A DNA stretch of 64,000 nucleotides, taken from Balanoglossus misakiensis. Taxonomy: Eukaryota; Animalia; Hemichordata. Location: the NCBI GenBank assembly GCA_040954595.2, contig CM082576.2:17593028-17657027 (forward strand). Reading direction: 5' to 3'. Made by a program: the position numbers and the translations under genes. Positions 51,109-64,000 of this stretch are shown in pieces. The notes beneath the pieces were generated by a model, which saw only the letters and a list, made by a program, of their open reading frames with translations, searched no databases and was not told where the DNA came from. Position 1 is the first letter of the stretch. Each line of letters begins with the position of its first letter.

Positions 51109-52993
51109 GTAAAAAAGTTAAAAGCAGGAAAGGCACCGGGACCAGACGGAATTCCAAATGAGTTTTATAAATATGCTTCAGATGTTATTTTACCTGTGCT
51201 TGTTGAGCTTTTTAACTATATTTTTCAGTCTGGAATTTTTCCCTCAGATTGGACAATTGCTAATGTAATCCCACTACTTAAGAAAGGTAACGCAAATGAT
51301 GTTAACAACTATACATAGGTATTTCCCTTCTCAATTCAATGGGCAAGATATTTACTTCAATTTTAAATGAAAGGCTTACTAAATGGTGTAACAAAACAAA
51401 TGTTATTTCTGACTGTCAAGCTGGCTTCATAAAAAAACACTCTACTGTTGACAATGTGTTCGTTTTACATGCAATAATAGAAAAATATTTAAGCGCCAGA
51501 CGTGGTAAGATTTATTGTCTGTTCTTTGATTTCTCGAAGGCATTTGATAGAGTAAACCACACTCTTTTGTTGTACAAACTAATATGTCATCAGGTGTCAA
51601 GGGAAATATGTTTACTATTTTACATTCCATATATAGCAACATCAAATCTTGTGTTAGAGCTGGCACAGTCACATCTGAATATTTTGATTGCCCAGCTTGG
51701 GTCAGACAGGGTTGTATACTCAGTCCACTTTTGTTTAGCATCTTTATTGAGGAGTTAAATTCCATGTTTATGAAGTCGGGTAAAATTGGCATACACTTGA
51801 CTCAAGATATTTATGATCTTTTTTTCATTGCTATATGCAGATGATATTGTATTATTTTCAGATTCTGTAAAGAATCTTCAGCATTTAATTGATATACTTC
51901 ATAACTATTGTAACAAATGGAGAATGAAAGTGAACCTTGACAAGACTAAAATAGTTATTTTTCGTAAAGGTGGCCGTAGAGCCCGCTGGGAAAAATGGCA
52001 CTTTGGAAACTCCCAGATCGACGTTATGTCATATTACAAATACCTAGGTCTACTTTTGTCTAATCGTAAAACCTGGTCCAGAGCAGTGCAAACATTGGCT
52101 AATTAAAGCTAACAAGGCGTTGACCCTGCTGTCAGTTGCCAGGTGGAAACTAGGGTATATGCCATTTGAATGTCACTTCAAGGTGTTTGATGCCATGATC
52201 TTACCCATTCTCAGCTATGGATCGGAGATTTGGGGTTTTCAGGTTTATGACATTATAGAAAAAGTGCAAAGAACGTGGTGCAAGATTTTTCTAGGTGTGC
52301 CAAGGAGTACTACCAATGAAGCTGTAATTAGAGATAGTGGGCGGTTGCCAGTGTATTTTCACACAATGATACGTTGTATTCGTTACTGGGTGAAACTTAT
52401 AGAGATGCCACAAGAAAGACTCCCTAGGCAAGCATATTTAATGCTATGTAATCTTGACCGTTTAGGCCGTCACACCTGGGCAACGTCGGTGAAACACATT
52501 TTATTTTCATATGGGTTCGGGCACGCCTGGATTTCCCAGGAAATAGGCGATAAGCGTTTGTTCCTTTCAGCATTTGAGACAAGAATTTCAGATATTTTGA
52601 AGCAACAATGGAAGTCACATTGTTCGTCCAAAACCAAACTCCGTACATACACACATTTTAAATCATTGTTACATCCTGAAAAGTATCTCAATGTCAACTG
52701 TACACGCAATGTCAAACAAATTTTTGCATGTTTTCGCTGTTCTGCCCTTCCTCTTGCAATAGAGGAGGGAAGACACCAGAACGTGGGCGTTTCAGAGTGA
52801 ATGAATTTTATTTCACCAGAGATATGTCAATATATATATAATACACTGAATGTAAAAGGAAGATGTTACATATTTCCAGTGTGGACCATGGAAATAGTTT
52901 CGCGGAAACTAGTCTAGTCCATGGCCCATATTTCTGAGTTAATTAATTATAAGGATGTCAAACAGTTGTACAGCACACGTAAATAAATGATCT

Positions 52994-53058
<65 letters not shown>

Positions 53059-55436
53059 ATACAGGTGAGTTGAAGGCAACTAATTTGTTGCGAAGGAGTA
53101 CATTACAATGGGTTGACTATATTGAAAAAAAAAAAGTTGTCACTGAAGTTGTAGCAGATGTATTTTGAGCTCTTTTTTAAATCTGTTTCTGCAGTGTGTA
53201 TTTTTTAAAGTGAGTGGAATGGAGTTCCAGCATTTTACTGATACATACTTAAAATTCTGCTGAGAAGTAGTCAAGTTGACCTTTGGGATTTTTAAGTTCC
53301 TGTTCGTACTAAATGATGTTGGATATGTATGTGGAGAGATACCTTGGAAATACTGGTCAAGGTGGTGAGCATAGTGATGGTGGTCTAGGTCATAAATGAA
53401 CATACAAGTCTGAAGTTTACAAAGATTAAACACATTCAATATGCTGAGTTGCCAAAACAGAGGGGCTGAGTGAGCATTGTAGCATGTAGAGGTAATCAAA
53501 CGAACCAATCTTTTCTGAAGACGAAAAAGTGGTTGCAGGGCTGAATGATATGCATGTCCCCATATTTTAATACAATACATTAAGTGTGGTAAAATTAAGG
53601 AGTTGTAAAGTAAAAGCAAGGTGGACTTAGGTACAAAGTGACGTATTTTTGAAATAACTCCAACAATTGGGCTGATAGTGCTCCTGACTTTCCCAATGTG
53701 CGATTTCCATCTCAGAGCGCAGTCAATGGTGACACCAAGGTAAGTAGTGGAAGAGACATTCTCAGCAAGAGAACTGTCAATTTCTAGTTGACCTTGAACA
53801 TGAGCTGGTTTATGAATGGAATTCATTAACATATAGTTAGTTTTACCGGCGTTAATGGTCAATTTATTGGCATCACACCAATCTTTGACCAACTTGAAGT
53901 CACTGTTGATTTGATTAAAGTTGACATTGCAGCTTGTACATTTAAACAGACTTGTATCATCTGCAAAAGGTTTAAAATCAAATGCGCTGGTTGATTGAAC
54001 AATATCATTAATATAAATGAGGAATAGAAGTGGGCCAAGAATAGAACCTTGTGGTATTCCACATTTTACAATCTTTGGATCTGAAATACTCTTGTCAATA
54101 GTAACCACCTGATGGCGATTATGAAGATAACTTGTAAACCAATTAAGTGGAAGGCCTCTGATTCCATAGTGTGAGAGTTTCTGCAGAAGAATGCTATGGT
54201 CTATTGTGTCAAAGGCTTTCTTAAAGTCAATAAAATTCCTAGTGTAGTAAAACCCATGTCCATATTGTCTATAATATCTGAAATAATATCTGCTAATGCA
54301 AGTTTTGTACTATACAATTTTCGAAACCCATACTGAGTGTCAGAGAGAATGCTAAATTTGTCGAGAAATGAGATGAGTTGTTTTTTTTACAACAAATTCT
54401 ACAATTTTACTTATGACTGGTAAAATGGAAATGGGCCTATAATTGCTGACCTCAGAAGAAGAACCTTTCTTATGGGCTAATTTTTGCAAATTTAAGGGAA
54501 TCAGGAAAAATACCATTCGAAAGGGAAATATTAATGATATAAGTCAAAGGACCAGAGATGTACTTAGCAGCATCAATTATTAATCTGGGGTGGATGTGGT
54601 CATAGCCCATAGATTTGTTAGGATCAAGGCTAGTTATTTCTTTCTCGATATCACTTTCTAAAACAGGTCGAAAAAAAGGAGGACGAGTAATTGCCCTTAA
54701 GATAATTACAGAAATCGTTTGAGGGGGCTATTTTTGCAGCGAGGGTGGGACCAATATTAGTGAAGTAATTATTAAAATGGTTAGCAATATCTACACTATC
54801 TGTGAAAGTACTGTTGCTATCGTCTTTCTTTATATGTTTTGGGCAAGAATGTGTGTTTTTGTTCCTACTAAACATTTCGTTGACAGTTTTCCAGATTTTA
54901 CGAGGATTACCTGCAACAGACTTAAACTTCATGGCATAGTACTGTTTTTTGGCTAATCTCAGACACCTTGTCAGAATGTTGCGATACCGATTGTACACTG
55001 TAGGCTATGCTCTGGTGAACAAATAGAAGACGAGTATCACTTTTTACTTGTTTGCCCCTTATATGATAATCTTAGAAAACAATATATTGGTGACATTAAG
55101 AATCCTCACTTCCAAATGTTTGTAAATTTCATGAGTGCATCAGAATCCTCCAAGATTCTTTAGCTATGTAATTATGTTTACAATGCTTTTACACTTAGAG
55201 AAACTGTGTTAAAAAACCATGAATCCATACAATAAGCCGTTAAGTTCCTCACTTTATATCCCGAGTATGTAATTCCACACATCTGCTGTTTGATGTTGTC
55301 ACTTGTACTATTTGAGTACATGTATTATTTAATTCATTTTTGTACAATCTTCTGATTACCTTTATACCCCTTGCTTATTGGCTGGAGGCCTTGAAAAGCA
55401 ATAAACGTGCACTATTGTGCACCTGAACTGAACCTA
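51109..55436 (+). mobile_element. 5'-truncated RTEX-like LINE, interrupted at ~52797-54997
   Basis: KAPGPDGIPNEF, DFSKAFDRV, VRQGCILSP, LLYADD, PILSYGSEIWG, FRCSALPLAIEEGR; resumes CRLC..IEDEYHFLLVCPLY at ~54999; aataaa plus ctgaactgaac tail. Confidence 0.85.
52797..54997 (-). mobile_element. 5'-truncated CR1-group (Crack/Daphne/L2-like) LINE in the opposite orientation
   Basis: YNRYRNILT, IANHFNNYF, NYRPISILP, DFKKAFDTIDH, GIPQGSILGP, FADD, LQKRLVR; (TAAA)n at 52997-53060 in the 3' UTR; short ATTC tail. Confidence 0.85.
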
Positions 55437-56565
55437 TAGGTAAACGTGTCTTTATCGCCGAATGCGTATGCGCAGCAAGATTATTTATCAGCCGGATGTT
55501 GGCATTGCTGCGATCCGTCAAGCGACATCATCACAGAATTCGCCTGACCAAACCTTTCCGAGATGATGTCAAATGGTGGCTAGCCTTCATGAGGGTGTAC
55601 AACGGAATTAGCATAATCCCCCAAGAGCACTGGTCTCAGCTCAACGAAATCCTCGCCACAGATGCCTGTCAGTCTGGATGCGGTGGACGGATAAGATTGA
55701 AAGACGACTCTGCATTATTCTTTCACAGCACATTTCCCTCTTCCTGGGGCACATGCCATATTGCTGCCCTTGAAATGCTAGCGATCCTTGTTGCAATGAG
55801 AATTTGGAAGAATCATATCAGAGGCCATAGAATTTAGTTACAATGTGACAATATTGCATATGTGCAGGTGTTGAATTCAAATTCATGCAGAGATCAGACT
55901 CTTCTTACTTTGGCCCGTAACATTTGGCTGGAAATTTCCACAGCCAACATACAGCTGAAAGCAGTCCACCTCCCAGGCTCATCCAATACAATAGCAGATG
56001 TCCTTTCACGATGGCATCTACACAGTAACAGTGCCGAACAATTCATTGATCTGACTACAGCAAACCAAACCCATGAGTCACAGGTTACATATCAACATTT
56101 CCATCTAGATTATGACATTTGAATGTTTGTCGTTGCAGACGTAGACAACGCAGTGAATTCACTACAGGAAGAAGTTAAGGCAATCAAGAAACGCGCCTTT
56201 ACACCGGGAACTCAGAAAAACTTGAAATGCCAACTCGACTTTTACCTGACATATTGTTGCAGATATGGTTTTAGACCATTCCCGGCACACAGCACATGTA
56301 CGCCTGCATACTTTCGCATACTTTCAAGAACCCTAAATCTATCAGAAACTATATCAGCGGTATTTCCACCTGGCATCATATCCTCGGTTTTGACACCAGC
56401 GGTTTTCAAAGCGTAGATCTTCGCCTGACTCTACAGGGCTTGGATAAATCATCCACAACACTTCCGCGACCTCGGCTCCCTTTGCTGCCAACACATTTGA
56501 AGCTGATTCATGACAGGCTCAATATGAAAAGCGAATTAGACGTCACATTCTGGGCATTCCTTTGC

Positions 56566-59340
56566 CGAGCCAGCCAGAGACGGCGATCAGCAACCCCAAC
56601 CGGCGATGTCCATCGAGCTTAACCCCCAAAGCGACACCACCCCCCCCCAGCGTGACCATCCGTAAAATCACCCCAAGTTCAATGTACAAAGTCACCGTAG
56701 AGGTCGAGGGAACCGAGGTTCTCGATATCCTAGACACGGCCGCAGAGATAATAATTTCCGACAAGCTGTATGACACCATAGAGCCGAAACCGCCTATAAT
56801 ACACGATGTCAAAGTACAACTAGCCGGAAGAGACTCGTCTATGAGAGGATTCAAAATTGGACCAGTGAACCTGAAGTTAGGGAGCACTGCCTTTCGAGAA
56901 AATATATATGTTGGCCCAATAGGAGACACCATGCTGCTGGGAGTAGACCAACTTCGATCCAAGCAGGTCATCCTCGACATGCGAGAAAACATCCTCCAGG
57001 TGGGAGAACAGCGTGTCCCGTTGCTGCAAGGGGACCAAACTGCGCACGTGGCCAACATATCAATCGTTCCAGGCACTATCCTGTCTCCGAACTCCGTGAC
57101 CAGGGTGACAGGGACAATCGACATGGACATGCCCGACTACATAGTGGAACCAGTGAAACTAGGTGACGTCATTATGCCCCGGACATTCTGTAAAAAGGGG
57201 CAGCCCCCAATCATCTGTTTAGTAAACCCGGCCGATGACAACGTCACCATACCGCCGGGAACAGTAGTGGCGACAGCAGTCGGGGGAAAGATTCTTCGGA
57301 CATAAACCAAAGATATTGAAATCGCCACAGGCGCAGTCAACGAGCTTGAACTACTCGCAGAAACTTCACCGCATGGCGAAGACGAGCTCCCAGACCACTT
57401 GAGGGAATTGTCAGAAAAATCAGCAGCCAATTTGACGGAGAAACTGTCCCAGGAAATGAAAGAGCTACTTATCGATTTCCAGGATGTCTTTGCTGCAAAA
57501 GAATACGACCTGGGGAACTTCACAGCCCTTGCGCACGGTATCGATACAGGGGACGCGCGACCAGTGAAGCAGAGGATGCGCCGAACCCCACTGCGCTTCG
57601 CGGGGGAGGAGGAGGCCCACCTCAAGAAAATGCTACGGTCAGGGGTAATCCAACCTTCAACATCGGAATGGGCATCGGCACCGGTATTGGTAAGGAAGAG
57701 GGACGGGACAGTCCGCTGGTGCGTCGACTATCGGGCGCTGAACAACGTGACCCGTAAAGACGTATTCCCCCCTGCCGCTAATCGAGGACTGCATGGACAC
57801 GCTGGCCGGGAACGAATGGTTCTCGAAACTTGATGCCAATTCAGCTTACTGGCAAATACAAGTGGACAAAGAGGACCGCAAGAAGACCGCCTTTACCACA
57901 AAGTACGGGCTGTTTGAATTCGCCCGTATGCCCTTCGGCCTGTGCAACGCCCCCGCCACATACTCGCGAGCCATGAATCTGGTGCTGCGTGGGCTGACAT
58001 GGAAGGTAGTACTAGCATTTTTAGACGACATCATGGTACTTGGGGCGGACTTTGCAGACCATCTCCAGAATCTGCGGGACGTGTTCACCCGGATCCGGGA
58101 ATACAGGTTGAAACTACGCCCCCGCAAGTGTGAACTGTTTCAGACCGAGTTGGAGTTCCTGGGGCGGATTGTCCGCAAAGGAACCATAGGAGTGGACCCA
58201 CGTTCCGTTGACGTGGTACGCAACTGGCCGACGCCAAAAAACACCAAGGAGGTGGAACGTTTCGCAGGGTTAGCCAATTATCACCGTTCGTTTATAAAGG
58301 ATCATGCCAAGTTGGCCGCCCCGCTGTACGCAGTTATGGGAAAAAAGCCTTTCAAGTGGGGCGAAGAGCAACGGCTGGCCTTCGAGGCGCTAAAAGATCG
58401 CTTAACATCGGCGCCGGTACTCACGTTACCGAACCCAAAAGACCTGTTCACATTGGATACGGACGCATCGGACATTGCCGTGGGAGCGGAACTTCTCCAG
58501 GTGCAGGATGGAGAGGAGCGAGTGATCGCATACGCCAGCTTCGCATTAACACCCGAACAAACAAGGTACTGCACGACCCGAAAAGAACTCCTAGCAGTAG
58601 TACGATTTACCCGGTTATTCCGACACTACTTGCTGGGGAACCATTTCATAATACGGACGGACCACAGCAGACTGGCCTGGCTGCTGAGGTTTAAAGAACC
58701 ACAAGGACAATTGGCCCGATGGTTGGAGGAACTTAGCCAGTAGAACATGACTGTTCAGCATAGGCCTTGGAACAAACACCTCAACGCTGATGCCCTATCC
58801 AGAATCGAACCGCAGGGACAGTGCCGACACTACCGTCACAGCGTTAAGCCGGATGAACTTCCCTGCGGCGGATGTGACTATTGCCAACGAGCGCACAGAA
58901 ATTGGGGAGACTTCGTCACCGGGGTAGACGAAGTAATACCGTTAGCCTCACAACCATCCAATGACATTAGACAAGACGTCTGCGCGGTAAACCTAGGCAG
59001 CGAAGAAGACGAGGCGAGTGACCACCTCGTAGACCCCCCGGAGGACCCAGGAGAAGGATTCGATTTCGACGAAATACTAAAGTCAATCGGAATAGAATTC
59101 ATGGGAGAGGACACCTCCTTCGTTGAAGATACACAGGCGGAAAAGGAGGACCCCAAGGTATGCACGGTGACCAGGAGCAGCTCGCCAGAGACTGACACGC
59201 CGTGGCGGGAAACCCTGGAAACAATATACTGGCAACAGCGGGAGGATGCCGATCTACGGCCGATACTGGAATGGCTGGATACTGGTCAAACCACCGCGGA
59301 AAGCGCATTGGCACTACTCAGCCCCGCCGCAAAACATGCC
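56566..59340 (+). pseudogene. Gypsy pol fragment (protease, RT, RNase H; integrase missing)
   Basis: [68 protein letters not shown]. Stops at 57303 and 58741; frameshift ~57775. Confidence 0.92.
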
Positions 59341-60239
59341 TGATCAGGTTTTCTTTGGTTTTGGACTGTGTTAAACTTATGCGAGATACACGTATTGAAG
59401 AATAGCTGGCTCGTGAACGTGACAAGATAGGAAAACTTCATTTCTCGCTTAGTTGAATAACATGTGGGTGCGTCCATACCATTGAATTTGGTCACTGTTT
59501 TGGTCTATTAGCCATCGTAACGCCCCCCCCCCCCATTGTTCAATATTTGTTTACATTACAACTTGGGTAATAGGTGTCCGGGCCAAGTTGTCGTGGACAG
59601 GAAATTAGCAGAAATAAGCCAACAGAAGAAATAGGAGAAAGCAGACAGTGACTATGTCAGTTGTAACATCACCCCCGATGCGGACGACTGATCACCCGTG
59701 TGCATGTTGACGAGGCATGCAAAAAGAATTGATTTCTTTCTCTTTTTCGTCTCATCTCAAAAACATTTTTCGCGTAGTAACCTTGGCCTCGCCAAGAATA
59801 TAATAGGATGACTATTACCTCCAAAATGAACCTAATATGAAAATCTTCAATATGAATATCTATCTCTGTGCTCTCCCTGGCTTTTCAAAAGTGTTGAAAA
59901 AAATTTAGTAAATACAAATTGTACCTGAACAACCCCCCCCCCCCCAGATTTTCGCAAACACTACTGGCACTCCATAATTCATCATGAGCAAATTAACTTA
60001 AATAAAATGTGATCACTATTCAATCAGACTGAGACACATATTAACAAACTCTATGATTTTTCACACATCCTTTCTTTTTATTTATACTGAACCCTCAATT
60101 TGTGACATGCATATATATTGTACATTTGCTAAATTCAATTACATCACAGTACAGGGACTATGGATGATGTATACACTAATTATGTGTTTAAGTTTCTTCC
60201 TGAGGGTAACAGTCTTCACCCAAAAAGTGTGCCATTTGG

Positions 60240-62016
60240 GCTAACCTATGGATATTATTGATCGATCTGCAGATCAGGTCATTATCATCAACTGCACCAC
60301 CAGTGGCAACTCTATCAGAGTGACCTCTGTACATCAGAAGTCTCCTATTTTTCACTTTACTCCACATTTGGAATGTGAAATCTGAAAGTGTGCATCTCTC
60401 TCAAAGGTAGAGCCTCTATAGCCAAAGTCATAAGGCAACTGACAGATGATACTTTTAGGGATGCCCTGAGTTTGGTCTTAATCGAATTGTAACCGGAAAA
60501 GCCCCTTTCACTGTCTGCAGTACTTACTAGTACTGTCAGACTAATTTTTGCCAGAACAGCTACATTGGGATATGAGCTCAAAATATTCATGTTCAGTATC
60601 TGCTGCCAAGTAGCCTGATAGGGGATACCTCTATAGTTGCATGACAATATACCTTTAACATCAGGCCATTCATCTTTCATGGTTGAAGAATCAATGACTG
60701 GTTTACAAATTTTGCCATCTTTGCCAATTCTTTCACAACCATAGTGCTCACACAATGCATCTAGCTCCTCTTCGCCATATGTTTTGTACTCCTCACTAGA
60801 AGGTGGTGGAAAGTTACTTGGCACAAACATTTTGAATGCACCAAGTAGACCAAGATTATCAAATCTGTCAATGAGGTTTGATACTAATTTATCTATGTAC
60901 TTTTCTCTGCTACTATGAAACCACTTCCTGTAGTTTTTATTGTCACTGATAGCAATACCTTCTGCCCCTTCTGAGAGAGTGGGAACAAACAATGGCTGAA
61001 CAGGTTTGCCAATCTCAAATGTCTTGAGGTAAAATTTACCAGACTTATTTGGTTTTACTGGGTACTACATTTAGGAATTCAAGTAATTTATGACCAGCAT
61101 GTTCTTTATATTTTTAAAAGTGTCACTTTTAGCCGTTACATGTGAGTGAACAATTGAATAATCACTATCATACTTTTGGAAAGTCTTACTCAGGAAATTC
61201 AGTTGCTTTAGAATATCTGACATGAAATGTAAAGTGGCAATAAACTGGTATGTGGTGACATATTTAAACAACCCAACAGCAGTGGAATCACCAGTTCCAA
61301 TGTGGGGTAGGCATCATCTGATAGACACATTATGAGAGGATTAAGATTAGCCAAAACAGCTTCAACTGTCCCGCCAACAGATAGCCTCCTGGTATCACAG
61401 GGACGCACAAATTGTCTTCTCGATTCAATATTCAACACAGTGAAGATCTTAGCTAGCTTTGATTTATGTTTGGAGGAGAAGTGTAAGTAATTATAAATTC
61501 GGTTAAGTTTGTCTCCAAATTTGTCCAGATATGTTATAGCATGTGATGCTTGAGCAGCTGCAAGGGCAAGTCTATGAGCAATACAATGTGTTCGTATAAT
61601 AAATGGATTGTCCTGCTTTAGTAACGTTGTGACACCTTTGTGCTTCCCTGTCATAACACTGGCACCATCTGTGGCAACAGCACACATTTTACTCAGATCC
61701 AAGCCCTTCCCCACCAAGACACTGACAATTGTGTTATAAATGTCATCAGCTGAAGTCCCATCTAAGCCTACAACCTCAAAAAATCGAACTTTAGTCATGC
61801 CATGTACAAGATATCTCAAATAAATGATAACAGTTTTATCCATGGCTATATCTGCCATCTCATCAGTCAGTACAGCAAAGAAGTCGGACTGCTGAAGCTC
61901 CAACACAATTTCTTCATCTACAACCAGTTTCATGGCTTCTTGGAAGCTGTGAATAGAATTAGGGTGCTCATAACTTGTATGTGCATCAACCTGAGTCCCT
62001 TCAGGTCTTCACAACC
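60240..62016 (-). pseudogene. hAT transposase (ZNF862-like), frameshifted
   Basis: FAVLTDE..D, ATDGASVMTG, HCIAHRLALA, CDTRRLS, LNFLSKTFQ, and the dimerisation motif VSTADSERGFS..N.IKTKLR. Splice acceptor at 62017-62018. Confidence 0.9.
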
Positions 62017-62057
62017 CTATGAACAAGAAAATGACAATAAAATATATCAAAATTTAA

Positions 62058-62790
62058 GGTGGCATTGCATGAAACCGTCGAGACTTTTTCAGATGCCTAT
62101 TTCTCATCAAAGACAAAGTTAAAACCCCCATAAACCATATATATTCTGGAAGCTGAGATTTTGAACTTTTGTTTGAGTTGCAAATATTATTGATCCCCGG
62201 AAATGGTGGCGATTTTGGGTGAAAAAAAACATTTTTTGATATTATGTCATGAAATTTAAAATAGGTAAAAACGTTGACCATGCATCATGCATCTTAATAT
62301 GTCATTCGAAACTAGAGTACACGTGCAAAAAAACGGTAATTTTGTTTTGCGTTATCTGCTTCCATTGAGGAGTAACAGCGTTTGAAAGTTAGATTTTTAG
62401 TAAAATTTGATCAAATTCACGGCGAGTTGTATTGAATCAGTGTTTATTCCCGCCAGGGACACTTTATCGACTAACAAAAATACCGTTTTGTTGGATGGGT
62501 TATACACAATCCCCAGTTAAAATTTGAGCAAATTCGGCCAACGCAGAGCGAAGCTATTTTCGTCTGAAGTTGTCAAGAGCAGCGAAAATGCAAACTGAGA
62601 AAAACGGCCATTTGCATTGTTGACACCTATTTGTTAAGCTGTGAACTCATTCAGAAAAGTGCTATTTTGGGGTGATTATGCACCATTTCCGCCAAGACGT
62701 ATTAGTAAGGGTGTGGTCAGTATTAGGCCTACCGATTTATGTAAAAACGTAAAATTTGGCAAAAATCACAACTTTTCATGCAATGCCACC
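62058..62790. mobile_element. Non-autonomous Kolobok-like element in the hAT intron
   Basis: 17-bp perfect TIR ggtggcattgcatgaaa / tttcatgcaatgccacc, with TTAA at 62054-62057 and 62791-62794. Confidence 0.88.
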
Positions 62791-62854
62791 TTAACCATAT
62801 TTTATTTACATCAGCAGTGTTTGCATTACATTGTAAAAATTTTATCAGCATTTG

Positions 62855-62907
62855 TTAGGTCCCATTGGTATATACCATGGGACCTTATGGGATCGGTTGC
62901 CTCTGTA
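62855..62907 (+). mobile_element. Terminal fragment of the ggtccc Helentron-like family
   Basis: ttaggtcccattggtatataccatgggaccttatgggatcggttg is the reverse complement of the 15680-15727 end. Confidence 0.8.
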
Positions 62908-63370
62908 CACTAAGGACTGAATGTCCTGTTCTACCTGGCGCGCCTGCTCCTGAACGCAGCAAGCCAGGTGGCTCGCCCTGCTCGCCAGGCCCGGTGAGCG
63001 TGCTTGCTGAGCGCGCCAGGCTTGCATCCTGAATATTCATGAGCTACCTGGCTTGCATGGCCAACCAGGTCACAGGAAGCGCGCTTGTTTACCTGGCGCA
63101 CTAGACTTACTCCAAGTCTATGGGCTTCATTATGTGTAGGGAACGCGTAGACCCACGCTACCCAAAACCACAAGCTCAGTCCCAAATTCGAAACTCACCT
63201 CACTACCAAAACCACGCTCAAGGCAAGCATGCACGCAAAAAGTATTGACATTATTTATTAAGACAAAAAACCATCGAAAACACCTTAACTATTTAGATTT
63301 AAAAATCACCAAGCGACTAGTACTGGGCCAGTCTACTGGCGCACCGGTTGCTTACCAGCAAGGAAGCAGG
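62908..63370 (+). mobile_element. Possible CMC/EnSpm (CACTA) left end with GC-rich subterminal repeats
   Basis: Starts cacta exactly where the Helentron-like end breaks off; repeated cctggc/gccagg motifs in both orientations. The other end is not in the window. Confidence 0.4.
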
Positions 63371-64000
63371 TCGGTTTGAACCCCAAATACGTTTGATTGA
63401 TCCCATGGCATTTCTGTTTTTTCTAGTCTAGTTGCGCAACCTCCAATTCAGATAAAGAATGCTAGTGGTTCAAAACACTATGTACATGTAGTCATGTATG
63501 TTCATTTGTAACCTGTGTTTTATGTTACCACAGATGCATACATGTAAAGCATACACGTACAAAATACAGATCAATTGCAGCAACTTAAAAATGACGAATA
63601 TCGTAGCACTTCCTGTTTCTTGCTAACAGGGGATTAGCCCTCAGAATCTGTGTGCGTCCACACACTAAACGGACATTGTTTTGAGATCAACGCCGTCTAA
63701 TGGCAATGTTTAGGAACACGGCAACTAACAAAAATTGAGGACGTCGAGGACATGTAATTGCAACATATCTCAGTTTATATACCTGGATATGCGTTCTAGA
63801 CGACTTTGTCGTCTTCTTCATGACCGTTTTGATATCGTATAGAAGTACTGGATGTTAATCCACAAATCGAAAACGCCTCGTCTTTTCGGCGATCGAAAGA
63901 ACCTAAAGTTGGTGGCAGACAGAAGTGTTGCAGACCCGGCTAACCGCGAGTGGCTAGAAAACCACTCGCGTCCAGTGTGATTGACTCAACAATGGAAACT

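Larger units (their letters stand above)
45664..56565 (+). mobile_element. Ngaro/DIRS-group tyrosine-recombinase retrotransposon (gag, RT, RNase H, YR N-terminus), disrupted
   Basis: gag ~46130-46989 (YCADYQTGKC..HHICRPC..H..C); RT 47500-48515 (RRVMDLSFP, FKCDIRR, LPFGLRT, YIDDF, LQSLVG); RH 55437-56122 (TDACQSGCGG, HIAALEMLAI, CDN, NTIADVLSR); YR N-terminus 56123-56565 (SIRNYISGI..H, LTLQGL, RLPLLP, FWA). Confidence 0.85.

Noticed and set aside
59345-59970. Possible hAT-type MITE end (cagtagtg.. with G-runs on the minus strand)
   Set aside because: Only one candidate end and no TSD.
63690-64000. Possible coding start at the window edge
   Set aside because: Early stops and no recognisable motif.

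Overview
Eukaryotic genomic DNA: AT-rich, with spliceosomal introns, and probably from a marine invertebrate judging by the repeat families (inference). It is made almost entirely of nested transposable elements, and I found no recognisable host housekeeping gene, RNA gene or CRISPR array. In order along the window: a Kolobok-like palindromic MITE; a decayed Gypsy gag split by a complete 6.8-kb AcademX-type transposon (TAG..CTA TIRs, AAG TSD, four-exon gene); a spliced orphan P-loop NTPase remnant; Helentron/DINE-like elements carrying 239-bp and ~145-bp tandem arrays; a Crypton-type tyrosine recombinase pseudogene; an IS3EU-like convergent gene pair whose transposase intron holds an L2-like LINE and a young gag-only LTR element; a 3.9-kb near-perfect tandem duplication containing hairpin-ended non-autonomous elements; a CR1 LINE hit by a solo LTR and a second L2 copy; a Ngaro/DIRS element split by a 6.9-kb composite LINE insert; a Gypsy pol fragment; a hAT transposase pseudogene; and further MITE ends. 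Family names come from motif recognition by eye, not from database searches.
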